Positions 25,401 through 36,527 of a stretch of 48,964 nucleotides of DNA are shown here, piece after piece (position 1 is the first letter of the stretch; every line of letters starts with the position of its first letter). Origin of the DNA: Mesotaenium endlicherianum (taxonomy: Eukaryota). Location of the stretch: positions 186,001 to 234,964 of the forward strand of contig WELA01001079.1 in NCBI GenBank assembly GCA_009602735.1, written 5' to 3'. The position numbers were made by a program, and so were the translations under genes. The notes under the pieces were generated by a model. The model did no database searches. It had not been told where the DNA came from and was given only the letters and a program-made list of their open reading frames with translations.

Positions 25401-26832
25401 TCTTCTACATCCCCACTTGGCGCCGACAGGGTGGTCCTTCAAGCCCCAAAAGGGCAGAGTACCACCTGCTCGTCTCAGTAGTGCTCCCGCAGCTCAAGTG
25501 TCATGTTACTATGCTTCCCTACCTTCTGCAGTGGCGGGTTTCTATTTTGGGGTCTCGGGATTCCTATCTCAACATAGCAGCTTCGCAGGGTATTCTTCTC
25601 CCTATCCATCGGCTTCCAGTCCATTCTTATGCGCATATCAGGCTAGGGTTGCTCACTTTAACCCTAGCCCTAAACATACCCTAACCCTAACACTAATTTT
25701 ATCCCCACACCTCAGAATTTCTTCATGCGTCAGCAGGTAGGTGTAGTGCAAGCAAGTATGCAGGACATGCATCGTCACGTTGGGATGCAACCTGAGCCTA
25801 CTACTGCCCTGTTTATTGGGTTGCACCCTCATCCGCCTTGGAAACTGGTCCCACCTATCCGTCTAGGTTTCCTTGACCTCCAGACGGCGCATTTAATGTG
25901 ATCAAGGAGGAGGACACTGATCAGGCCGTAGGCGTTCATGCCGTTCACAGTCGCCGTGTGGCTGCCAATGAGGCACTTGCCGCACCAGCTGTGGGTCCAG
26001 ACCACGGGCGAAGTGTTGCGCAACTCTCGCGGCCGTTTGATCGTTTCGAGCCTGACGATACTCTAGGACCTGCTCATGCTCGGCTGCCAGTACCCGTTCG
26101 GGATGTGCTAGCTTGCTCTGATGATGAAGGTATATTAATCATCCTTCCCATCGACGTCCCCTCAGCCCAGCTGCCGGTCAAACTGGTGTGCGACAACCTA
26201 CGCGCGGCAGCGACTTCTGTCGAGCGCGACTTGCTGTTGCCCCCTTCGTACGCGCAAGTGGAAGCGGACCTACCACAACCTTCTAGCCCGCCGCGACCAA
26301 CTACACTGCCTCCTCCCCACACAGTGTTGGTGGTGGGGCAGGCAACTGCAGCTTCGGCAGTCCCTACTTCGGCGGCTCCCGTGGCTGCTCCTCAGGAACT
26401 CACTTCCTCATCGGGCTCACTATTGACTTGTGGCAAGGTATCGCTACGTATAGGGTTGACTTCGAGTCTGTGGGCTACCATCTGGACAATCTTCTCCGCA
26501 TCCTTACCCATACTCCTTCTTCCCTCGCGTGCCCCGTGGCTGCGGCTTTCATAGTTACTGTCCATGATTTTAGCGCTCGGGAACTCATCCATCTTTCCTA
26601 CCTCCTCCTTCACGACATCGCCTCGGATCCTCTTCTCGCATGTTTTGCCCAACCGAGCATACCAGTGCCACTCTACACTACCCCCTCCGCTACCCTCCAC
26701 CAGATCCATGCCGCCTTACATTGTCCCTCTCCTCCTCTTGTTGCCCCCATTTCTGTCCCTTCCACTATCCCTCCCATACCCTCTCTCCAAGTTGTCAACA
26801 CTATACCCATTCCTTGGCTGCCTCCCCCCCAG

Positions 26833-27760
26833 GGGATCATCGTGTTAGACTTGGTCGCAGGGGTGGCCTCTACAGTGGTTGGTCTTCTGCAGAGTGGCCA
26901 CCATATAACTACTAGTACTGCGATGTTGACCTGGTCGTACGCCTTGCCAGTCATACACAACTGGCTGCTTTACACCTTGCCTTTTCCGGAATGAGCCTAT
27001 CACACAACCTATTCCGCGTTGCCTCAGAATAATCGCCTCCTCCAGCAAGATCACTTGCTTGCTCTAGGTCCCATCCATTTGGTCGTCGGTGGCTGGGAGT
27101 GTCGGGTTCATTCTTGGGCAGGTACTGGCATAGAGCTTGCTGATTATCGTTCCCAACTATTCTTTGAGCTTATTCGGGCCTTAGGTCTCGTTCAGGCTTC
27201 CCCGTCTCCTTCGCCTGCTTACCTGCTCGGAGATGTTTAAGTCCTAGAATTATGGTCGAGCACACATTCGTGCTGATTTCCTCACCATCACCTCTATTCT
27301 GAGGCCAGACGTGACCCTCGACGCCGCAGCCGTGGGGTCTTACGCCCACCGTTCGTGAGTGTTCTGGCAAAACCTTGTGCCTCACACTACACTCCAGCCT
27401 ATCCTTCACCACATATACTCGCATCCCCCTCGCAGCACCGTTACCTCTATCCTGGCCCCTCACCGTTGCCCCATGGAAGTAAATTGTCCAGACCAACCCT
27501 CTTTCTGTCAAGTCAATTTTTGCGGTCATTCTTGGGTCGCCTTCCCCACTCTCGTTGGCCTTTCTCATTCGTATGCGTTCCGTTACTATGGGCCTGGCAT
27601 GTTGTTTGATTCACACACACACGGGTATGTTGAGCCTTCCGCGTCCATTGCGAGCTTATTCTCGCTTTTCTCCCCCATGCCACTACCTCTCCTTCCCTCT
27701 CTCACTCTCAGCGGTGCCAGCTCCTAGGTTGGGTCATGGACATTCATGCTCTCACGTGGC
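26833..27760 (+). pseudogene. C5-cytosine DNA methyltransferase domain in Gypsy pol, copy 1
   Basis: Motif I IIVLDLVAGV; motif IV IHLVVGGWECRVHSWAG; RSQLFFELIRAL; motif VI-position YLLGDV; motif VIII LDAAAVGSYAHRS*VFWQNL; motif X-like QRCQLLGWVMDIHAL. Canonical order, with stops and frameshifts. Confidence 0.88.
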
Positions 27761-28171
27761 TTGTCTCTGTACTCCCCGTCCTCAATGCTCGGCGTCCTGA
27801 CCTTTTCCTCCACATTCCAACCTACCACTTACATGCTTTCGGCTGGATGGGGAGGGTTTCGTCAGAGTTTTCCACTTCAACGCCTGCATAGCAATTTCAG
27901 TCCCAAGAACCCTCATCTGATACTTTTGCATCTCAACCTAAGGATGGGTGGGACCTAGGTACCCATTTAATTAAGGAGAAAACCCTACAGTTGACTAACA
28001 TGCTCAAACAAAATGAGACTTGTTTTGCACAGTTAGTCATGGATTTACGAAGGTGTACGTTATCTCAATCCACCATCAATCTCACTACTACAGAACCAGT
28101 GTGTTTGAGGGATTATCGACACGCTAAAGTTGAACATGATATTATGCAAGAGAAAGTTACTGAGTTGTTAA

Positions 28172-31100
28172 CACTAGGTCTCCCAAGGAAAAGACCATAT
28201 ATGGTCCAATAATGCACCCCCTAAATCACACTACATTGAAATAACGACTGAAGCTATGACTATGTGTGATAGACCATTAAAGAGCTTACATCACAAGGTA
28301 TTGCACTGGCCATGTGGCCCGCAATTTTCGGAAAGGTAAGGTGTACTTTCCGTACAAAGTGTGTACGATAACAAGAAACGAGCAAACAGGGCCAACTTTA
28401 ACTTCACACACTATGAGTTTGGATTTGAACCAGTAGTTGTTGATTTAATCTGGGGTAGGCATGTGTCTTACCTATCATATAAAACAGATTCCACTTCATT
28501 CTAATCAGTACCTTTGTGCAGGCACACTCTGTACTTAGTGGACCATATGGGGTCCGGGTATTTTTCGTATTTTTTAGTGCCTCATGCAACAAAGTATCAC
28601 AGTTAATAATTCATAATTTATTCTTAACACATGCAAATAGTATTCTGTAAAGTGGAGCTTGAAAGTAAGGTCTTACTTTACTCACAAAAAATTATTCATA
28701 TACAAAATAAAGAATTAAAATGATTAAAAATGAATTATTAATCGCAAAATATTGCAGAATCGACAGCTTTGCACACATGAAGCTGAACTGTTTATGGAGC
28801 ACAATGTCTTTCATACATGTTTTTGTTGCAGGTCCTCTGCTCTACAATCCTACTTGTTAGTGCTACTCAGCCTAAAGGGGCCACTATCTACATGTGCTAT
28901 GTGCCTGTTGGTATGGTACTCCTCAAAGCCAGGCGCGGGGCAAAGCGCTACTCCACACGTCGCGCACCAATAGCTAGGCCTCACATTACTCTTCTCATGG
29001 CCTAGGTCATACAGCTTGCTCCTGCACACTACACACCCTGGTCTAGAGCCTCCTGGAACGTGCTCAGGGAAGTGTTTCCCTAGGAACCTGTCCATTCCAA
29101 CCCGCCCCGCACTCCAGCGAAAGCACCTCCCCTCAGGGGGATCATGAAAGTCTGTCATCTCCGCGACAACATCTAACATGAAGGGATACCTATCACTCTC
29201 AGGATGGGCCAGGTTGTACAGGATGTAGGCATTGGCCAGGGCAGCATCAAACAGACCCAATATAGTTTATGCCACCACTTGAAGCTGACAGCAGCACTCT
29301 CGACAGAATAGTTATCTCTCAGACAGAGTTTGTCGAATTGATCGACAGCATCTTTGTGTTTATTGTAGTGCACCACAATGTCTGGAGCACTTATGGTCTT
29401 CACACTCCGATCACCCTGCCTCCTCTCAACTTCATTCACCTCAAGACCAGCAGCTGTGGACAGAATGTGCACTAGCATCTTGTCTTGCCAGACCATAGCA
29501 ATCTGACCCAGGTAATTACACACAAGAGCCATATAGCCTCCCTGAGTTGGTTTTTTCTGACCTCTTGGGATGGGCGATACCAAGGCACTACTTTCACCAT
29601 CTGGGGTCTTAGGCATGTCTTTTCTATTTGGCATAACTGTGCCAGTTGCTTCATGACCTCTCTCAGCTAGGACTTTCAAGAGTGTCGGCGATGTGCAGCC
29701 TCTGTCCAAGACAAAAGAGTAAGTCTGTTTGTCTGGCAGACCCTCAATCAAATCTAAAACAGTAAGAACCTGTGACCTGCTAGGCTCCTTATCAAACACT
29801 GTGAAGTCATAGCAGTAGTAACTTGTACTATCACAGGCCACAAACAACTCTATACCGAACTTATGTGGCTTCTTTGGCATGTACACTCTCACAGGGCAAC
29901 TTCTATTTCTAAGGGGGATCAACCTCTCGTTTATTGTTATGTCATGCCCTGGCCTGTAGTGGGCTTTGAACTTGTGCCTCAACCTATCTATGATAGGCAG
30001 ACACTGCCACCGCTTGTAGGTCCCAGAGGTCTTAGGAAAGCTCTCCCTACCCAAATTTGACTTAAGGTGAAGATATCTTTTTATATCCTGCCACCTGTTC
30101 CTGGACATGAAGGTTCCAAAGGAAGCAAACCTGATAGGTCCACTTGTATCAGACCTCCAATAATAAGGTATTCTAGGCAGAGGGTTCAGGGCCATGGCAA
30201 GGTAAAGACCATGCCAAACAACCATCTCAGTGAGAGTAACCGGCTTCCAATCTTTGGCCTTGTTCAAGTTTGCATGTGGATTTGTCTCATTGACAAGCAG
30301 TTCAAACCAATCTATGCCTATGAACAGGCACAGCACAGCAAAGGGAGTGTACTTCAGAAATGTCTTAAAATTGACACCTCTCAATCCAGAGGTTGAAGAG
30401 CCACCTGGCTGCTGCCTCCATGGATACTTCTCACCATGAACTGGAGATCTCCAGTTGTACTCCTCCTCAGCTGTACCTTCTCGAAGGTGCTCCTCCTCCA
30501 GGGGATCTCCTTCTTCTTCCAGCTCACCATCAGAGGAATGCAGCTCCTCATCACTGACACCTGCAACTTTCTTATACCTGCTGCTATTCCTCTTGTTCTG
30601 ACTTAATTTGGCCTTCCTCCTCCTCTCCCTTTTCTCATTTCTATCTATGGGAACAGTAAGCAGCACCTGCTTACCCTTTCCGGTGTCTGGCCTGCCCTTC
30701 TTCCTCATAGTATCCTCGTCCTCCTCGTCCTCCTCCTCCTCCTCCTCCTCCTCCTCCTCATCAGCATCATTAGACCTTGGCTGGGAGTCATCGTTCGGGT
30801 CTTGGGAGGAAGAAATCAGACCTAAACTGCCAGCCTCCCTAGAATTTGCAAGTAAAGAGGCCCCTGAGGAAACCGAGCCAAAACGAACTACATGCGGCTC
30901 GGAATAAAACCAGGACTCTTCAGGCACAGTAGATAGGTACTGCCTGACTTGCCATGCCTCCCATTGCTTCTTTTCTTTGTCATACAACACTTCTATGAGC
31001 CANTATGAGCCATGAGTTCTCCTTTTCAGTCCTCACAACCTTGTTTCTCAGAATTCCGACTAAGAAAAACTCTATGCAATACTGTCCAAATGTCTTTTTC

Positions 31101-31469
31101 GCCCATGCATATCCCCAGAAGGTGGCAGGGATAAGTAATTTACCACCCACAACAATTTCTGGCGCATTCGAAGAAGAAGCCATGGCTCTAAGAGCTTTTT
31201 AGTGACCTCGGGTATGACAGACTTTTCACTTGAAATTTCGTTGTGAACCTGAACTTTGAACCTCACTCTTTTGACTCTAACTTTGTCGTTAATGATCGGA
31301 AGACCATTTTGCATTTTTTCGCTTAAGGTTCAAGTCTATACGGTTCGTTTGAGCCATAGATTGTACCATTTGGTCAACTGTAGCACCCTGGAGGTCAGCG
31401 CTGAAAATGGGGGTTAGCTAGACCATATATGGTCCGAGGACCATATATGGTCCGATGGGATTCCTAGTG
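28172..31469 (-). mobile_element. Full-length piggyBac DNA transposon (3298 bp)
   Basis: TTAA TSD at 28168-28171 and 31470-31473. Termini CACTAGG..TCCCA at both ends. Internal piggyBac transposase. Excision restores the host RT frame. Confidence 0.95.
28850..31183 (-). pseudogene. piggyBac transposase (PGBD-like), probably inactive
   Basis: MSRNRWQDIKRYLH, ITINERLIP, YMPKKPHKFGI, VLDRGCTS, YNKHKDAVDQFD, KWWHKL, ALANAYILY and a C-terminal Cys-rich domain CVVC...WCATCGVALC...EEYH. One frameshift at the N near 31003 and one at ~29260. First catalytic Asp reads Asn. Confidence 0.93.
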
Positions 31470-31501
31470 TTAAAGGCTGATATGATTGAGGAGTCTATGT
31501 G

Positions 31502-32245
31502 TGAAAGGGGCAGAGTGCCCTAGTGGAAGCGTAGTGACTCACGAGGAAAAGAACTAGTTGCAATCATACTAGAGAGTGCAGCGGCATACCATTAACAAAG
31601 CTTAGGAAAATAACTTGACATTTTGAGTAGCAAGAAACTGCTCAAAAATGATGTAGGATGAAAGGCCTTGTCATTACAAACCCGTAGAAATTTACAGAAG
31701 TGAACACTGATGAGAAACAAAGAAGTTATGCCTATTTATAGTTTTCTGCCTAAGTGCTCCTCCCTAGGAGGAAGCTACGGATTTTCCTAAGTGTTCGTCA
31801 AATCGTCCCTTTCAGGATATTCGTGAGTAAGCCAGATCAGTCTAATCTGATGTGTCGGGTCGAATTGACGTCCACATACATGCATGGACATTACTAGAAT
31901 ATTCTATCTTAGACGCGCTAGGCTAAACCGAAACTTCTAGGTAAATCGACCTAGTCTGCACTCCGCGTCAGCCGAACTTACGTGAAGGTTCGAGTTCATT
32001 CTAACGGGCCAGATCGCTCGACGCTGTCGGTCAATTCGACGGTCGCGCTCATTGCGAATTAAGGACAGTCGTCAACCAACCTCAAGACTAATTAAACTTC
32101 GGAAATCCATAACTCTCTCAATACTTGACCAAATTCGAGGAATTTTATACCAAAATGACCACAAAAATGCACTCTACACTACTATTCAATCAAAACATAC
32201 TTTCCTGAAACCCAAAAATGCACTTTATTAAACTATGACCTTAGA
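31502..32245. mobile_element. Solo-LTR-like insertion (744 bp), fourth family
   Basis: Perfect 5-bp TSD ATGTG at 31497-31501 and 32246-32250. Ends TGAAAGG...CCTTAGA (imperfect inverted termini). Non-coding; excision restores RT. Confidence 0.85.
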
Positions 32246-32918
32246 ATGTGGGATTTTGCAGCTCCCACTGTTGTGCCTGCTATGAAAAACGCAATGGGTA
32301 ATTATACAGAGAAACGTATGTGTGGGGATTACCAAAGACTTAATGCTGTCACAAAGTTGGATTGCTATCCCATGCCTGTGCCTGAAGACATCTTCGACGT
32401 CCTCGAGGATGCTACTATTTGTAGTGTATTTGATCTACGTCAAGGGTCTAAGCAGATCCTTATTGATCCTAAGGATAAACATAAGATTCCATTTTGGGCA
32501 AATCATTGTTTGTACCAGTAGAAGGTCATGCCGTTTGGGTTTAAGAACGCACCTGCTTGTTTACAACGAATTATGGATCGAGTGCTTAGTGGGTTGCCTT
32601 TCGCTCGCTGATACATCAATGATGTGCTCATCTTTGGTCGTACTATGGAGGAACACTTGACACACATTGAACAAGTCCTGCAATGCTTGAGGTTCGTGGG
32701 TCTGATATGTCATCCAGGGAAATGTAAGATCACAACCTTTTCCTTACCTTGGTCACCATATCATTCTTAGTGGGTTAACTCCGCAATAAATTAAGGTCGA
32801 TGCCATTCAACGACTACTAGTCTTGACTGATGTTTCTAGGTTGGGGGCCTATGTGGGGATTAGTGGGTATTACCGTCGTTTTTGCCCTGATTTTAGTGCC
32901 CTAATTTCTGCGCTGAGG

Positions 32919-33179
32919 AGCTTTGTATGTTCGTTTTCATGAGTGAGATGATACTTGTTTCTAGGTAACTAAATGTTCATGGTTTTTGTGTTTGTGTACT
33001 CTCGCTTTCCTCCCTTTTATGTGTAGGTTGCTCGTAGTGCACGCCCCCACTCCCACATAGTCGCTAACACCACATTCTTTCTCGCGGCCAAAACATTGCT
33101 TTCCACTAATTGTTTGCTCATTTGACAGATTCAAACGCCCTCGTTCTAGGTAGTTCTACCTTGCCTTAGCTTGTTTACA
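32919..33179 (+). repeat. Second copy of the ~260-bp repeat (probable LTR end)
   Basis: Colinear with 13793-14054; lies between the truncated RT of copy 1 and the protease of copy 2. Confidence 0.65.
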
Positions 33180-33982
33180 AGTTTCCATACCTCACTTTTT
33201 GCTTCTTAGTTTGTGCTTGGTAGCTGCTCAGCTGCCCATTAGTGCCCAGTATTGCCCTGTTCAGACGTTTTGTATTCTTTTCCATTTACAGCTCATAAGG
33301 TGTCGGCTTTTCCCCCTAATAGAGGGTGTTTTTACCCATAGCACCTAGATTAGCCAATCCGTCTCGAGTCACTCCTCCAGATGTCCTGTCCTTTCCATTT
33401 CAGCACTTGTGTAGATTAGGTCGATGCCAAGCGTCCGCCGACGGTCACTACTACGACACTGTTACTGTCACCCTCTATGCCCAATGGTTAGTCATCGAGT
33501 CTCCAGCCTATGATATCCTCCTTGGTAAGGAATGTAACCTGCTCATCAAATTGACTATAGACTTGTGGCAAGACATTGCTATATATTGGGTGGATTTTGA
33601 GTCTTTGGGTCATCACCTGGTTTATCTGCCGCACATCCTTACACATTCTCTCTTGTCTCATTCGTGCCCAATGGCTGCCACTTTTGCGGTTACCATCGAG
33701 GACGTTAGCCCACGCGATCTTCCAGACCCTACCTATTTACTCTTCTACGAAGTTTAGTGCGACCATGATTCTTTTCCCGCATGTTCTGCTTAACATGTTA
33801 CTCTCCATTCTGTAATACCCTACGCCATCCCGTCTGCTACCCTTCAGCAAATCCACGTGGCCTTACAGTGTCCGTCTCTTTCTCCTGCTTCCACCCAATC
33901 TGCACCTGTCAGATTACCTCCCGTTCCCCTCTCCCCCACCAATAATACTAGTACTGTTCCGTGGTTGCCACCTCTTGCGAGT

Positions 33983-34915
33983 ATTACAATTTTAGATTTG
34001 TTTTCTGGGGTCTCCTCAACAGTCGTTGGCCTCTTGCAGAGTGGGCACCGCATTGCCCACTACTATTACTGCAATGTGTGGATCCAATAGCGCAGGTCGC
34101 TATCAGACATAGCTGGCAGCTTTAATACTCGCATTTTCCAAGCTATTCCTATATTCCGCATACCACACAGCTTATTCCGCGTTGCCTCAGGATGTCCTTC
34201 TTGTACATCAAGAACACTTGCACGCAATACGTCTCGTGCATCTTGTCGTAGTGGGTTGGGAGTGTCAGGGTCATTCTCGCGCGGGCACTGGGGAGGAGCT
34301 TTCCGACACCCGCTCTTAGTTGTTTTTCAAGCTTGTTCGCGTCCTGAGCATCCTCTATATCTCACAAATCTCCCCCCCTGCTACTTGCTCAAAAACGTAC
34401 ACTCTGCGGACAACGTTCAAGCCCACGTCCGTGCTGATTTCCTCACTATCACGTCCATTCTGGGGCCTGGCATTACCCTTGACGCGATTGCTGTTGGGTC
34501 GTATGCCCACCTTTTATGCGTAGTCTGGCAAAGCCTTGTTCCCCTACTCGTCCTTGAGCTTATCCTTCACCACGTGCATGCCAACCCTTCTTGCATCTCT
34601 ATTGCCGCTAATCCAGCTACCCCTCGATGTCCAATAGAAGTTAGTCGTTCTGACCATTTTTCCTTCTGTTTTGTCCACTTCCGTGGTAAGCCCCGTGCAG
34701 CGTTCCTCTTCCACGTCAGTCGTCCATAGTATTTTCCAATTCGTCACTATGGGCCTAGCATGTTGTTTGAATCCCACATCCACCATGATGTTAAGCCGTC
34801 CGCGTCCGAACGTGAGCTCCCTTCCTCATGCCATTGCCTCCCCATCTTTACCTGCCTCCCAACAATGTCAACTCCTTGATTGTGTCATGGATATTCATGC
34901 CCTCACGTGGGTGTT
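33983..34915 (+). pseudogene. C5-cytosine DNA methyltransferase domain in Gypsy pol, copy 2
   Basis: Motif I ITILDLFSGV; motif IV HLVVVGWECQGHSRAG (Cys codon 34263-34265); motif VI YLLKNV; motif VIII LDAIAVGSYAHLLCVVWQSL; motif X-like QCQLLDCVMDIHAL. Confidence 0.9.
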
Positions 34916-35129
34916 CTCCGTCCTTCCCATCCTAAACGGTTGCATGGCCGACCCTTTCCTTCACATTCCAGCCTACCACGTACACGCTTTCGGCTCGGAG
35001 CGGGGGGTTTTGACGCCTGCATAGCAGTTACAGTCCTCGAATCCCTCCTCAGATACTTCAGCACCAAAACCTAAAGACAACTGGGATCTGGGCATATAAT
35101 TTACCAAGGAATACATCGTAAAGTTTACT

Positions 35130-36527
35130 CAGATGCTTGAACGGAGCAAACCATGTCTTGCGAGGTTAGTCATGGACGTGGGGGTGTGAACTATATCACA
35201 ATCCACCGTCGATCTCACCACAATCGACCCTGTATTTCTGCAGGTTTATCGGCATACTAAGGTTGAACATGATAACATGCGCGAAAAGATCACTAAGTTA
35301 CTTAAGGCTGATATGATCGAGAAGCTTATGTCAAATATTGCAGCCCCCACTGTCATGCCTGCTATGAAGGACTCAATGTAAAATTACATTGAAAAACGTA
35401 TGTGAGGGGATAAACAGGAATTGAATGCCGTTACAAAGCTTGACCGCTACCTCATGCCTGTGCTCGAGGATATTTTTGATGTTCTTGAGGACGCCAGCGT
35501 TTTCAACGTGTTTGACCTGCGTCAGGGTTTCGGTCAGATCCCCATTGACCCCAGGGGTAAACATAAGACTGCATCTTGGGCAATCTATTGTTTGTACTAG
35601 TGGAAGGTTATGCCGTTGGGACTAAAGAACGCCCCTGCCCGTTTCCAACATATCATGGACTGAGTACTTAGTAGGTTACTTTATCTCGCTGTTACATCAA
35701 TGACGTGCTCATTTCAGTTGCACTGTAGAGGAATACTTGGCACATGTTGAACAAGTCCTCTAATGCTAGAAAACCGCCGGTTGAAAGTGTCATCCACGGA
35801 AATGTAAAATTGCCACCCTGGTCGTCCCCTACCTTGGCCATCATATTGTTCCTCGGATCAATTAAAACCGCAGCAAGTTAAAGTCGATGCTATTCGACAA
35901 CTGTCAATCCCGACTGACGTGTCTCGGTTGAGGACCTTCAGGGGATCCCTGGGTATAATCGCCGTTTTTTGCCCTGATTTTAGTGTGATTGCCGCACCTT
36001 TGAATGAATTATTAAAAAGGTTGTACCTTCGGAATAGACTAGTTACCGTCAAGCAGCGTTTGACAAATTGAAGAATCTTCTCTCTTCTCCACCTATTCCG
36101 CACAGACCGAACTATAGCAAGCCATTTTCCGTTCACACTGATTGGAGCCATGTAGGATTGGGGGCCGTCCTTGCTCAGGAGGATGATGAAGGTCTTGAAT
36201 TCATTGTTGCTTATGCTAGCCGTAGTAACAACCCTCCCAAAAAATTATTGTTCATATGTAGGGGAGTGCTTGGCCGCAATTTGGGGTGTCGTACAAACCC
36301 GCCCCTATCTCTATGGCACCCACGTCACCGGCCGCCAACCCCTCAAATGGTTGATGACCAACCAAAAACTCACGGGTAAACGTGCACGATGGGCGCTCAT
36401 ACTTCAAGAGTACAACTTCACCATTGAATATAAAGCTGGGTTAACATACCAGGACGCAGATGGTCTCAGTCGTAACCCCGATCCTTTGGACATAGACAAC
36501 ACTTGGAATCGTTGTGCGTCTAGTTAG
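35130..36527 (+). pseudogene. RT-RNase H of DNMT-Gypsy copy 2
   Basis: FDLRQGFGQI, MPLGLKNAPA, YINDVLI, VHTDWSHVGLGAVLAQ, GECLAAIWGV, RWALILQEYNF, DADGLSR; multiple stops and frameshifts. Confidence 0.92.

Larger units (their letters stand above)
14055..32900 (+). mobile_element. Ty3/Gypsy element with a C5-DNA methyltransferase domain, copy 1 (decayed, with three nested insertions)
   Basis: After excising 16000-24966, 28172-31469 and 31502-32245 (each TSD-bounded), the order is gag-like sequence, zinc-knuckle remnant, DNMT motifs, RT. Truncated at ~32900; left boundary uncertain. Confidence 0.8.
27991..32900 (+). pseudogene. Reverse transcriptase of DNMT-Gypsy copy 1, split by piggyBac and a solo LTR
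   Basis: Rejoined reading EKVTELL|KADMIEESM|WDFAAPTVVPAMK...KRMCGDYQRLNAVT...FDLRQG...MPFGFKNAPA...YINDVLIF, colinear with uninterrupted copy 2. Confidence 0.9.
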
